DNA of 64,000 bases from Malacoraja senta (Eukaryota). The DNA lies in NCBI GenBank assembly GCA_038087875.1, contig JAXLNO010000406.1:1-64000 (forward strand), in the 5' to 3' direction. How positions within the stretch are numbered: the stretch's first letter is position 1; the number at the start of each line of letters is the position of its first letter. The notes below the pieces were generated by a model. That model made no database searches, was not told the origin of the DNA, and saw nothing but the letters and a program-made list of their open reading frames with translations. The translations under genes were made by a program, and so were the position numbers. Positions 24,591-38,000 of this stretch are shown piece after piece.

Positions 24591-26530
24591 TTCAGAGACC
24601 AGCAGAGGAGGACAAAGGGCTTAATTAGGAAAGGGAAAATAGATTATGAAAGGAAACTGGCAGGGAACATAAAAACTGACTGCAAAAGTTTTAATAGATA
24701 TGTGCAGAGAAAGAGATTAGTTAAAACAAATGTAGGTCCCTTGCAGTCAGAAACAGCTGATTGATCATGGGGAACAAGGATATGGCGGACCAATTGAATA
24801 ACTACTTTGGTTCCGTCTTCACTAAGGAAGACATAAATAATCTGAAATAGCAGGGGGCAGCGGGTCAAAGGAGATAGAGGAACTGAGTGAAATCCAGGTT
24901 AGTCGGGAAGTGGTGTTGGGTAAATTGAATGGATTAAAGGGCCGATAAATCACCAGGGCCAGATAGTGCTGCATTCCAGAGTACTTAAGGAAGTAGCTCC
25001 AGAAATAGTGGATGCATTAGTGATAACTGTTCAAACTCTTTAGATTCTGGAGTAGTTCCTGAGGATTGGAGGGTAGCAAACGTAACCCCACTTTTTAAGA
25101 AGGGAGGCAGAGAGAAAACGGGGAATTACAGACCAGTTAGTCTTACATCGGTAGTGGGGAAACTGCTAGAGTCGGTTATTAAAGATGGGATAGCAGCACA
25201 TTTGGAAAGTGGTGAAATCATTGGACAAAGTCAGCATGGATTTACGAAAGGTAAATCGTGTCTGACGAATCTTATAGAATTTTTCGAGGATGTAACTAGT
25301 AGAGTGGATAGGGGGGAACCAGTGGATGTGTCGTATCTGGACTTTCAGAAGGCTTTCGACAAGGTACCACATAAGAGATTAGAGATACAAACTTAAATCA
25401 CACGGTATTGGGGGTTCAGTATTGATGTGGATAGAAAACTGGCTGGCAAACAGGAAGCAAAGAGTGGGAGTAAACGGATCCTTTTCACAATGGCAGGCAG
25501 TGACTAGTGGGGGTACCGCAAGGCTCAGTGCTGGGACCCCATCTATTTACAATTTATATTAATGATCTGGACGAGGGAATTGAAAGCAACATCTCCAAGT
25601 TTGCGGATGACACTAAGCTGGGGGGCAGTGTTAGCTGTGAGGAGGATGCTAGGAGACTGCAAGGTGACTTGGATAGGCTGGGTGAGTGGGCAAATGTTTG
25701 GCAGATGCAGTATAATGTGGATAAATGTGAGGTTATCCACTTTGGTGGCAAAAACGGGAAGGCAGACTATTATCTAAATGGTGGCCGATTAGGAAATGGG
25801 GAGATGCAGCGAGACCTGGGTGTCATGGTACACCAGTCATTGAAAGTAGGCATGCAGGTGCAGCAGGCAGTGAAGAAAGCGAATGGTATGTTGGCCTTCA
25901 TAGCAAGAGGATTTGAGTATAGGAGCAGGGAGGTTCTACTGCAGTTGTACAGGGTCTTGGTGAGACCACACGGAGTATTGCGTACAGTTTTGCTCTCCAA
26001 ATCTGAGGAAGGACATTATAGCCATAGAAGGAGTGCAGCGAAGGTTCACCAGACTGATTCCTGGGATGTCAGGACTTTCATATGAAGAAAGACTGGATAG
26101 ACTTGGCTTATACTCGCTAGAATTTAGGAGATTGAGAGGGGATCTTATAGAAACGTACAAAATTCTTATGGGGTTGGACAGGCTAGATGCAGGAAGATTG
26201 TTCCCGATGTTGGGGAAGTCCAGGACAAGGGATCACAGCTTAAGGATAAGGGGGAAATCCTTTAAGACCGAGATGAGGAAAAACTTTTTCACACAGAGAG
26301 TGGTGAATCTCTGGAACTCTCTGCCACAGAGGGTAGTTGAGGCCAGTTCATTGGCTATATTTAAGAGGGAGTTAGATGTGGCCCTTGTGGCTAAGGGAAT
26401 CAGGGGGTATGGAGTGAAGGCAGGTACGGGATACTGAGTTGGATGATCAGCCATGATCATATTGAATGGCGGTGCAGGCTCGAAGGGCCGAATGGCCTAC
26501 TCCTGCACCTATTTTCTATGTTTCTATGTA
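24591..26530 (+). mobile_element. CR1 LINE, 5'-truncated, frameshifted (young subfamily)
   Basis: RT motifs YLDFQKAFDKV, GVPQGSVLGP, FADDTKLGG; nearly identical to 38001-40703 apart from indels. Confidence 0.92.
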
Positions 26531-29500
26531 ACTGTGGCAAGTGCGTCCAGCTTCAGCTCCTAAAGGACCGTGTTGGGGCACTGGAGAAGCAGCTGGATGA
26601 CCTCAGGGCCATCTGGGAAAACGAGAGTTTCATGGGCAGGATCTACACTGAGCTAGTCACGCCGAGGATACAGGAAGAACCAAGGTGTGTGACGGAGAGA
26701 AAGGGTAGAAATCGTGGAGTGCAGAAGATCCAGGTGGCTGTGGCTAATGAAAACAGGTACGCCCTCTTGGGAACTGTCCGGGGAGACGATGTTTCCAGTC
26801 CGAGCGCTGGACACGTCGGTGGCTCCAATCCTAGAGATGGGACTCGACCGGCGACCGGTGGGTAACTCCATTGTCCGAGGAGCTGACAGGAGATTCTGTG
26901 GCGGCAGATGAGATGCGAGGATGGTCTGTTGCCTCCCTGGTGCCAGGGTTCAGGATGTCACGAGCCAAATTCAGAATATTCGAGAGAGAGAGAGAAGGTG
27001 AACAGCCGGCAGTAGTTGTGCACGTAGGCACAAACGACATCGGGAAGAACAGGAAGGAGATTCTCCAACATGACTTCAGAGAGTTGGGAAGAAGTCTGAA
27101 ATGCCTGACTTCTAGGGTGGTTATCTCTGGATTGCTTCCAGTACCTTGTGCTAGTGAGGACAGGAACAGGGAGATAGGGGATCTGAATGTGTGCCTACTC
27201 CTGCCCCTATTTTCTATGTATTCTATGTATCTATGAACTAAATAGTGGGAGGGAGGGATTGACAAATTGGGAGTATAAAGATAGAGTTGAAGGGGAAGTG
27301 ACTGCATGAAAAATTACAAAAGATTCTCGAATTAATGGGAAGGAAAGCTCGAGAATGGACAACAGAGTAAGGTCAGGGCCTATTGCGAAGGGGGGGGAGT
27401 GAATACGGAGTTCCAAGTGCTGTATATGAATGTGCAAAGTATCAGGAAATAAAGTGGACGAGGTTGAGGCTCAGTTAGAAACTGGCAAGTATGATGTTGT
27501 GGGAATTACTGAGACATGGCTGCAAGAGGGCCAGGGCTGGGAACTGAATATTCAAGGGTATACCTCCTATCGAAAAGACAGACAGGTTGGCAGAGGGGGT
27601 GGGGTTGCCCTGTTGGTGAGGAATAAAATTCAGTCCCTTGCAAGGGGTGACATTGAAACAGGAGAAGTGGAGTCAGTATGGATAGAACTAACGAATTGTA
27701 AGGGTAAAAATACCCTAATGGGACTAATCTGCAGGCCCCAAAACAGTAGCCTGGACATAGGCGCAAGTTGAATCAGGAGTTAAAATTGGCATGTAGCAAA
27801 AGTAATGCCATGGTTGTTATGGGACATACAACATGCAGGTAGACTGGGAAAACATAGTTGGTACTGGACCCCAAGAAAGGGACTTTGTAGAGTGCCTTCG
27901 TGATGGATTCTTTGAACAGCTTGGATTGGAGCCTACCGGGGAGAAGGCAATTCTGGATTTAGTGTTATGTAATGAACCGGATTTGATAAAGGACCTCGAG
28001 GTTAATGAGCCATTAGGAGGCAGTGACCATAACATGGTCAGGTTTAATCTACAATTCGAGATGGAGATGAGTAGATCGGAGGTGTCAGTGTTGCAGTTCA
28101 ATAAAGGGGACTATGGGGCCATGAGGGAGGAGCTCCCCAAAGTTGACTGGAAAGATACAACTGGCAGGGATGACAGTGGAATAAAAATGGCAGGTGTTTC
28201 TAGGAATAATACAGAAGGTGCAGGATCAGTTCATTCCTAGGAGGAAGAAAGATTCCAAGGGGAGAAGGGACGACCATGGCTGACAAGGGACGGCAGTATA
28301 AAAATTAAAGCGAATAAGTACAAGGTAGCAAAGATGAGCGGGAAGCAAGAGGATTGGGTAATGTTTAAAGAACAACAGAAGATAACCAAAAAGACAATAC
28401 GAGAAGAAAAGATGAGGTACGAAGGTAAGCTAGCCAAGAATATAAAGCAGGATAGTAAAAGCTTCTTTAGGTATGTGAAGAGGAAAAAATTAGTTAAGAC
28501 CAAATTTGGACCCTTGAAGACCGAAAAAGTTGAATTTATTATGGGGAACAAGGAAATGGCAGATGAGTTGAACAGGTACTTTGGATCTGTCTTCACTAAG
28601 GAGGACACAAACAATCTTCCTGATATAGTAGTGGCCAGAGGATCTGGGGTGATGGAGGAACTGAAGGAAATCTACATTAGGCAGGAAATGTTGTTGGATA
28701 GACTGATGGGACTGAAGGCTGATGAATCCCCAGGGCCTGATGGTCTGCATCCCAGGGTACTTGAGGAAGTGGCTATAGAAATTGTGGATACATTGGTGAT
28801 AATTTTCCAATGTTCTATAGACTCAGAATCAGTTTCTGTGGATTGGAGGGTAGCTGATGTTATCCCACTATTTAAGAAAGGCGTGAGAGAGAAAACAGGG
28901 AATTATAAACCAGTTAGCCTGACATCGGTGGTGGGGAAGATGCTGGAGTCAATTATAAAAGATCAGATAGCCAAACCTTTGGATAGCAGTAACAGGATCG
29001 GTCCGAGTCAGCATGGATTTAGGGAAGGGGAAATCATGCTTGACTAATCTTCTGGAATCTTTTGAAGATGTAACTAGGAAAATGGACAAGGGAGAGCCAG
29101 TGGATGTAGTGTACCTGGACTTTCAGAAAGCATTTGATAAGGTCCCACATAGGAGATTAGTGGGCAAAATTAGGGCACATGGTATTGGGGGTATAGTGCT
29201 GACATAGAGAAGTGGTTGGCAGACATGAAACAAAGAGTAGGGATTAACGGCTCCTTTTCAGAATGGCAGGCATTGACTAGTGGGGCACCGCAAGGCTCGG
29301 TGCTGGGACCGCAGCTATTTACAATATACATCAATGATTTGGATGAAGGGATTCAAAGTAACATTAGCAAATTTGCAGATGACACCAAGCTGGGTGGCAG
29401 TGTGAACTGTGAGGAGGATGCTATGAGAATTCAGGGTGACTTGGACAGGTTAGGGGAGTGGGCAGACGTGTGGCAGTTGAAGTTTAATGCGGATAAATGT

Positions 29501-30298
29501 GAGGTTATCCACTTTGGTAGCAAAAACAGGAAGGCAGATTACTATCTAAATGGCGTCAATTTGGGAAAAGGGGTAGTACAACGGGATCTGGTAGTCCTTC
29601 TACATCAGTGTATGAAAGTAAGCATGCAGGTACAGCAGGCAGTGAAGAAAGCGAATGGCATGTTGGCCTTTATAACAAGAGGAATCGAATAGAGGAGCAA
29701 AGAGGTCCTTCTGCAGTTGTACAGAGCCCTAGTGAGACCACACCTGGAGTATTGTGTGCAGTTGTGGTCTCTAACTTGAGGAAGGGCATTGTTGCTATTG
29801 AGGGAGTGCAGCGTACGTTTACAAGGTTAATTCCCGGGATGGCGGGACTGTCATATGCTGAGAAAATGGAGCGGCTGGGCTTGTACACTCTGGAGTTTAA
29901 AAGGATGAGAGGATATCTCATTGAAACATATAAGATTGTTCAGGGTTTCGACACGGTAGACGCAGGTAACATATTCCCGCTGTTGAGAGAGTCCAGAATC
30001 AGGGCCACAGTTTAAGAATAAGGAGTAAGCCATTTAGAACCGAGACGAGGAAACACTTTTTCTCACAGAGAGTGGTGAGTCTGTGGAATTCTCTGCCTCA
30101 GAGGGTGGTGGATGCCGATTCTCTGGATGATTTCAAGAGATAGCTAGATAGGGCTCTTAAAATAGCGGAGTCAGGGGATATGAGGAGAAGGCAGGAATGA
30201 GGTACTGATTGGGGATGATCAGCCATGATCACATCGAAGGGCTCGGAGGGCCGAATGGCCTACACCTGCACCTATTGTCTATTGTTTATTGTCTATTG
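26531..30298 (+). mobile_element. Long degenerate CR1 LINE with ORF1 (zinc finger/leucine zipper + SGNH esterase) and ORF2 (APE+RT)
   Basis: CGKCVQLQLLKDRVGALEKQL; VVVHVGTNDIG; GITETWL; GGSDHNMV; FADDTKLGG; (CTATTGT)n tail. Confidence 0.9.
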
Positions 30299-31252
30299 AT
30301 CCTGGACCTGTAACCAAGAATTCATTCAACTGAGGCTAAACCAATATATGGGCTTTCGTGGGGCATTGGACATGTTCCCTCATGGTGGGCGAGTGGCGAA
30401 AGAGAAGGCATATGATATCCGATAGGACCTGGATAATTGGATCCAAGATTGACTTGGTTTAAGGAGGCAGAGGGTATGAGCATCAGGATAGTTTTGTGAT
30501 TGAAAGGTATGGAATGGTAGTGGCTATCTGTTCGCAGTGGTCTTCAGCAGGGATCTGTCCTGGGCTTGTTGGTGGTTATGATATATATTAACGACCACTT
30601 TCCGTGCCGTCGGCATGCGAAGTACATTTGTACTGACATGGAAATTGTTGGTGCTCTGGGTCACGTGTAAGGCTATCAAGGCTGGTCAGCCTCACTTGGT
30701 GTATTGTGTGCAGGTCGACACGCTCAAGGAAGGATGTGTTTATGCTGGAGAGCGAACAGAGGAGATTCATGGGGTCGGAATCGGATTAATTGATTCATTG
30801 AGCCTGAAGTAGGGTCTCGACAAGAAACATCACCCATTCCTTTTCTGCCTGCCCCGCTAAGTTACTCCAGCATTTGTTGTCTACCTTGATTTAAACCAGC
30901 AGCTGCACTACAGTGAGAAATTCAGCACAAGATCTCAATTTTCCAGGTGTATGTGCGTAAGAGGATCTTTGCCTGGACAAAATAGCTGGGCGTATTCCAC
31001 CGAGAAAAAGCCTTGACTGAGGTGAATGATAGTTTCCCTGACGAATCTTATTCAAGCAATGCCTCAACATGATAGACAGTTAATAACAGTGAACCTCGCG
31101 ATTCCAACAGGACCAACACTGAGTCACCAGAAATTTCAGTCACTGACAAGTCAGAGAGTGTTATGGCACAGATTTCCCTCTCTGAAGATTGCCCATAAAT
31201 TTTGATAACAATCCTGGTCAGCACATTGATACCACATTTCAATACTTAAGAC

Positions 31253-31910
31253 CATAATATCATAAGTGATAGGAGTAAAATTAGGCCGGTCGGCCCATCA
31301 AGTCCACTCCGCCATTCTATAATGGCTGACCGAACTCTCCCTCCTAAACCCATTCTCCTGCCTTCTCCCAAAACCGCTGACTCCCGTACTAATCGAGAAT
31401 CTATCTATCTCTGCCTTAAAAATATCCACTGACTTGGACTCCACAGTTTATTGTGGCAAAGAATTCCACAGATTCACCAGCCGCTGACGAAATAACTTTC
31501 TCATCATCTCCTTCCTAAAAGAAAGTCCGTTAATTCTCAGGCTATGACCTCTATCCCTAGACTCTCCCACTAGTGGAAACATCCTCTCCGCATCCTCTCT
31601 ATCGAAGCCTTTTACTATTCTGTATGTTTCAATGAGGGCCCCCCTCATTATTCTAAACTCCTGCGAGTACAAAAGCTCATCATAGGTTAACCTACTCATT
31701 CCTGGGATCATTCTTGTAAACCTCCTCAGGCCCTACTCCAGAGCCAGCACATCCTTCCACAGATATGATGTCCAAAATTGCTCACAATATTCCAAATGGG
31801 GCCTTACCAGCGCCTGATAGAGCCTCAGCATTACATCCCTGTTTTTGTATACAAGCTCTCTTGAGTTTGCTTTCTTTACTACCAATTAGACTCGCAGATT
31901 ATCTTTTTGG
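31253..31910 (-). mobile_element. CR1 LINE 3' fragment (older subfamily)
   Basis: MIPGMSRLTYDE...RGHSLRI...NLWNSLPQ. Confidence 0.8.
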
Positions 31911-32856
31911 GACTAATTTTAACTAGATTTAGATAAATCCATTTTAAATCAATTGAATAAGTAACTGGGTGTTTTCGTCCGAGTCAAAACTCCTGGCTGA
32001 GGTCAATGCTAGTTTGTCTGACGCGACTCCATCACAATTCATTATTTTTTTAATTAACTTTTGAAAAGCAAGGGAGAGGGAAGAATTTAATTTCATATTT
32101 GTCTTCACTCCTTACAATGCTATGTACGACAGTGATCGCAACTTCTACTGAAGTGTGGATGGGCCGTGGGCTTGCTAGATGCTCATCCGCCCTTTGACCG
32201 GTCTTGTATTTGGACCTGCTGGGGGTCCCACAGCCCCCTCCTGCCCTAGCAAACCAGGTGGGGGACGGTTTAGTCGCCGACTATACGACCATGGGCAGGT
32301 AGCATGGGATTACATGATACCCGTGGCGGGTTAAACTCCCCCGATCTGACAATGCTTCAACATGGTGGCTAGTTAATAACAATGATGTCATAACTCCAGC
32401 AGGGGTGCAGACATGAGTTAACCAAAGTCAGTGGTCAATGACAGGACAAGCAGGATCAGCGGCACAAATATCCTTCTCTGATGGAACCCCTTGTGTTTCT
32501 ATGACAATCCTGGTCATCAAATTCCCACCAGTTTTCAAAATCTCTGACTAAATTAAGTCAAGGCTAATGGTGGAATCTAAACTCATATTGTGGCGTGTTT
32601 CTGCGGTGCTGATGGGGTTAAGGTGTTTTAGTTCATCTGGCAGTCTGTGTCTTGGTTGTATTGTGCTCTGTGTTGGATGTGTTCAGGGTTCTGACATCTA
32701 CAGCTGACCACTTGACTGTGAAGCTTCCCAACATGTGAGATTGGTGCGGTATAAAACTTTAGTGCCCCTACAGTTCATCATTACTGTCAATCTTTGCATC
32801 CATTTACAACTTAAATATGTCACCCACATAAGAAGTAAGGAATCCATATGTTTTAC

Positions 32857-32974
32857 CTTGGTGATTCGCAACAACGATATCTTTCACACTGCGTTCAACC
32901 AGAAGGGGTGATCGAATCTTTCATCCAGTATGGCACCATCTCTCAGTGACAATGTCTGGGATTCATCACTAATT
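32857..32974 (-). pseudogene. TRIM gene A exon 5 (118 nt; frameshift and premature TGA)
   Basis: ttcgcag|A ATT AGT...ISDESQTLSLRDGAILDERFDHPFWLNAV*; one base shorter than the gene B exon; donor CAAG|gtaaaa retained. Confidence 0.8.
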
Positions 32975-33067
32975 CTGCGAATATTAAATAACCGAGTATA
33001 ACCTGAGCGTCGACATGTTTATGTGACTTTACAGATCCGTACAGTTTAACTAAAGAGGATGTCCTAC

Positions 33068-33090
33068 CTCCTCTTGCGACCAGCTTCCTC
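33068..33090 (-). CDS. TRIM gene A exon 4 (23 nt)
   Basis: ttacag|GAGGAAGCTGGTCGCAAGAGGAG|gtagga. Confidence 0.85.
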
Positions 33091-33554
33091 CTGTAATAAA
33101 TAAAGCAGAAATTGACTGAGGGAACAGCAATTTCACGCAAGTATATTTCACATAGTTGAAAATTCCATTTTCTGACTCGCGCTCACGTTGTCACACAGAA
33201 GACATTACATTGATGGCACCAATGCAGGAGGGTTGTTAAATGTTTGTGAAAATTATGCTATATCTCAGAGGAGGCAATGTGCAGGAATGTCTGCAGGGTG
33301 TGTGGAGACGCCCCTCAAAATAAGGAAGGGATCCCACACCAGTGGGCCACATGAGTGGCAAGGATGGGGGATAAATTAATGAGATTTGAGCAATGTATGT
33401 AGACTGTATTAAATAATTGGTATCGCCTCCGAAAATGTCGGATGCATTTTTTTTGCACGGTTCATGTATTGTATATATTTATTACCTGATTAATGTATTT
33501 TGAAATTTAAAAAAAAAGAAAGTCTGGACGTGTTGTGAATTTTCTGCTGAATAA

Positions 33555-34005
33555 TGTCATATGGTCATAAGTGATAGGAGCAGAATTAGACCATTCAGCC
33601 CATCATGACTACTCCACTATTCAATCATGGCTGACCTATCTCTCCCTCCTACCCCCATTCTCCTGCCTTCCCCACATACCTCAGACACCCATACTAATCA
33701 AGAATCTATATATATCTGCCTTAACCTCCACTGACTTGACCTCCAGAGCCATCTGTGGCAAAGGATTCCACAGAGTCACCACCCTCTGACAAAATTCCTC
33801 CTCATGTCCTTCCTAAAGAAATGTCCTTTAATTCTGAGGATATGACCTCTAGTCCTAGACTCTCCCACTAGTGGAAACATCCTCTCCACATCCACTCTAT
33901 CCAAGCCTTTCACTCTTCGGTCAGTTTCAATGACGTCCCCGCTCATTTTTCTAAACTCCAGCGAGTACAGGCCCAGTGTCGAAAAACGCTTAACATATGT
34001 TACCC
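33555..34005 (-). mobile_element. CR1 LINE 3' fragment (older subfamily)
   Basis: Same type as 31253-31910. Confidence 0.78.
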
Positions 34006-34546
34006 AACAATAAGCTGTTAATCATAATTGGTTGGAGATTAACGATAGATTAGATTGGGTGTGGATGGATAATGTATCCCCGGTTCACAGAAATGTAAAA
34101 TACAAAGAGGCCTGGAGCAAATCCTGTCAGAAATTCAGTGATCAGAATGTGGAATTTGCGGTCACAGGTCTGGTCGATGCAGACGTAAGATCACGTATCA
34201 GGATCAGGGGACCACAAAGGGTGTGAGGCACTGGACGGGTACAGGTTGCTGTCATCAAGCAATTTGTTTTGCAGTATAAAAACTTGCAGGAGTAAATTAA
34301 AAGGAAAATCAGCAGAACTAAACAGAGTCACGAGACACGACAAACAAGAGAATCCCCAGAGATACAACAAGTATATTACTAGCAAAAGAATAACTCAGGA
34401 GAGAATGGGTCCCTCTGCGGTCAAAGGGACAACTAGAGAGAGAATGTGGAGAAAAGAACTGCAGATGCTGGTTTAAATCAAAGGTAGACACAAAATGCTG
34501 GAGTAATTCAGCGGGTCAGGCAGCATCTCTGGAGAGAAGGAACGAG

Positions 34547-34633
34547 TGGGCGCTGCTCTATCTTAGTGAGAATCTGGTGCTGTTCAGCAAACTGGGTTGT
34601 GATCTGTGACTGGAAGTTGTTGTGTGACTGATC
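34547..34633 (-). pseudogene. Orphan truncated paralogous copy of TRIM exon 3 inside intron 3 of gene A
   Basis: tcatctgacag|GATCAG...: DQSHNNFQSQITTQFAEQHQILTKIEQR; the upstream intron flank also resembles that of exon 3; cut off by a Penelope-type module. Confidence 0.8.
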
Positions 34634-34964
34634 CTGTCAGATGAAAGGTGAAGATCAATATATTATGTAATTCTCCTGCATATCTTCACAAAATGGAAGG
34701 TCGCATAGGCAACCCAATCTCGAGACATGGAGTGTAGACAAAAGCCCTTCGGCCCACAATGCTTGCCACTGTACCTACCTACACCACTCCCATTCGCTTG
34801 CATTTAATACATAGCTTTCATTATCCTGGCAATTAAAGGGCGTGTCTGAAAGCTACTGGAATGTTGTCAAAGTAATCTGCATTACCCTCCTTTCTATTCC
34901 CACAATCCAATTCCTTGTACCCTATTCCATTTCACATGCCCATTAATTCCCACTCACATTCACT

Positions 34965-35460
34965 GTCCATGTCAGTACATTACCCCCAATACCATGTGCT
35001 CTAATTTTGCCCACTAATCTCCCATGTGGGACCTTAAAGGCTTTCTGAAAGTGCAGGTACACTACATCCACTGGCTCTCCCATCTCCATTTTCCTAGTAA
35101 CATCCTCAAAAAACTCCAGATGATTAGTCAAGCATGATTTCCCCTTCGTAAATATCCATGCTAACTCGGACCAATCCTGTTACTGCTATCGAAATGTGCC
35201 GCTATTTCATGTTTTATAATTGACTCCAACATCTTACCCACAACTGATGTCAGGCTAACTGGTCTATAATTCCCTCTCTGGTCTATATTTTCTCTCTCCC
35301 TCCTTTCTTAAAAAGTGGGATAACATGAGCTACCCTCCAATCCACCGGAACTGATGCTGAAACAATAGAACATTGGAAAATTATCACCAATGCGCCCACG
35401 ATATCTAGAGCCACTTCCTTAAGTACCCTGAGATGCAGACCATCAGGCACTGGGGAGAAG
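34965..35460 (-). mobile_element. CR1 RT internal fragment
   Basis: LEFFEDVTRKM..GEPVDVVYL.FQKAF. Confidence 0.8.
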
Positions 35461-35695
35461 GCAGGAGAATGGAGTTGAAAATGTGAGCAAGATCAGCCAC
35501 GATTGAATGGCGGAGTAGACTTAATGGGCCGAATGGTCTAATTAGTCTAGTATGAATTATGAGATAGCAGAGCGTGTTTGTATGGGGGACGTTGGATAAA
35601 TATAGGAATTGATAAATGTTGCATTTGTGCAAATATATCGCTCCCAATGTTGTGACTGCATTTTCATTGAATGAGATTGAAACATAATCCCTGAC

Positions 35696-35929
35696 CTTCA
35701 GAAATAACACAATATCTGTTTGTTCCATTCGCCCCTGCAGATTTGAGAGTTCCTCCTCAATAGAGTTTAAATTCTCTTGAATGTCTTGAATATTTTTCTC
35801 CATTGGACTTAGAATCTTCTCCTCATCCTCCTTCATCTCTCCGAGAATGCGCTGCTCTTTCTTCACGAGAATCTGGTGCAGTTCAGCAAACTGAGATGTG
35901 ACGTGGGACTTGAGGCTTTGTGACTTCTC
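35696..35929 (-). CDS. TRIM gene A exon 3 (234 nt, coiled coil)
   Basis: ttaacag|GAGAAG...CTGAAG|gtcagg; EKSQSLKSHVTSQFAELHQILVKKEQRILGEMKEDEEKIL...IVLFLK. Confidence 0.88.
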
Positions 35930-36339
35930 CTGTTAAATGAAAGGTAAAGATTGATTTAATATATTTCTGTATTCCATTTCGTTGTTAAGTAGAAGGTGAC
36001 CATTTGGCACATCGATATCTATGCTGTTCCTTAGAATAATCCCATTAATCTCATTTCCTCACGTTTCCCTGAAACACAATGGCCCTCACGTCCACATTAA
36101 CTCCCACCGACTCACAGATCACCCGCCTTCAGCAGCTTAATTACAGCAACCAATCAAACCAACATGTCTGGGAGATGTGGGTGGAAGGCGCCCTGGTCAC
36201 AGGGAGAACATAAAAACATAGATAATAGGTGCAGTAGTAGGCCATTCAGCCCTTCGAGCCAGCACCGCCATTCAATACGATCATGACTGATCATCCAGAA
36301 TCAGTACCCCATCCCTGCTTTCTCCCCATATCCCCTGAT

Positions 36340-37763
36340 CAGGCATGAGACAGGAAAGAAACTGAATAAAGAGGAAGAGAGATGGGGATCCAGGGGGCAG
36401 CACCCCTGGTGGGGGTAAAAGGAAGCAGCGCCTCACCCCCATGCAGAGAATTGTTGATAATTATACCTTGAAATAATTATACCTTAAACTGAACAAGGGG
36501 GGTGGGGTGTCAAATGGGATAGTCGAGGACGGAGTTAAAGGGAACGAGAGTAAAGGGATGGTTAATGACTCGAGAATTAATGGGAGAGGAAGCTCACAAA
36601 GGGATAGGAGAGTATGGCCAAGTGTAATAGGGGTCGATGTGAAAGGTGAGATGCGTAAGGAATTAAAAGTATTGTATATGAATGCGAAGTATAAGAAGTA
36701 AAGTAGATGAGCTTGAGGCTCAGTTAGAGGTTGGTAGATATGACATTGTGGGGATTACCGAGACATGGCTGCAGGAGGATCGGGCCTGGGAACAATATTC
36801 AGGGTTATACATCCTATAGAAAGGACAGGCAGGTGGGCAGAGGAGGGGAGGGTAGCTCTGCTGGTGAGGGATGGAATTCAGTCCCTTGCGAGGGAAGACA
36901 TAGGGACTGACGAGGTAGAGTCACTGTGGATTGAGTTGAGGAATTGTAAAGGCAAGAAGACACTAATTGGTGTTATCTACAGACCCCCAAATAGTAGCCC
37001 GGATGTAGAGTGTAAGTTGCAGCAGGAGTTAAAACTGGCATGTAACAAAGGTAATGCCACTATGGTGATGGGGTATTTCAATATGCAGGTAGACTGGGAA
37101 AATCAGGTTGGTTCAGGACCCCAAGAAAGAGAGTTTGTAGAATGCCTCCCAGATGGATTCTTAGAGCAGCTTGTAATGGAGCCGACCAGAGAAAGGGCAA
37201 TTCTGGATTTAGTGTTGTCCAATGAACCAGATATGATAAGAGAACTCGAGGTAAAGGAACCGCTTGGAGGTAGTGATCATAATATGATTAGTTTTAATCT
37301 GCAATTTGAGAAGGAGAAGGTTAAATCAAAAGTGTCAGTGATGCAATTGAACAAAGGGGACCATAAAGGCATGAGAGGGGTGCTGGCCAAGGTAGACTGG
37401 AAAGGGATTCTAGCAGGAATGACGGTGGAATAGCAATGGCAGGAATTTCTGGGCCTAATCCGGAAGACGCAGCATCATTTCATTCCAAATAGGGATAGAA
37501 TAAAACTAAAAGAAAATATGTATAACACAGCAAAGAGTAGCCAGAAGCCAGAGGATTGGGAAACTTTCATAGGACATCAGAAGGAAACAAAACGGGCAAT
37601 ACGGGCTGAAAAGTTGAAGTACGAAGGGAAGCTGGCCATGAATATAAAGAAGGACAGTAAAAGCTTCTTTAGATATGTTAAGGGAAAAAGAGTAGCAAAG
37701 TCAAATGTGGGTCACCAGAAGGCAGACACTGGTGAAATTATTATGGGCAACAAGGAAATGGCA
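36340..37763 (+). mobile_element. CR1 LINE, 5' part (APE region) of the outer nested element
   Basis: VLYMNA, GITETWL, VIYRPP, GGSDHNM; ends at GNKEMA. Confidence 0.88.
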
Positions 37764-38000
37764 CCTACCAAGGTGGTACTCCACCACCTACCAAGGCCCC
37801 TCCTTTCAACATCTCCGCTGATCTCCATACCCCTCCCCCTCACTGCTTCCTCTCCCAGTTTGACCCAGTCACCCCTACTGAAATCTCCAAACTCATCAGC
37901 TCTTCCAAACCCACTACCTGCTCCCTTGACCCTCTCCCCACTCCCCTGCTGAAGTCCTGCCTCCCTGCTCTCTCCCCCTACCTCACTAATCTTTTCAACT
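37764..38000 (+). mobile_element. L2 LINE, 5' piece
   Basis: C-rich; ...SSSKPTTCSLDPLPTPLLKSCLPALSPYLTNLFN, continuing as SSLSQGIVP at about 40704. Confidence 0.8.
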
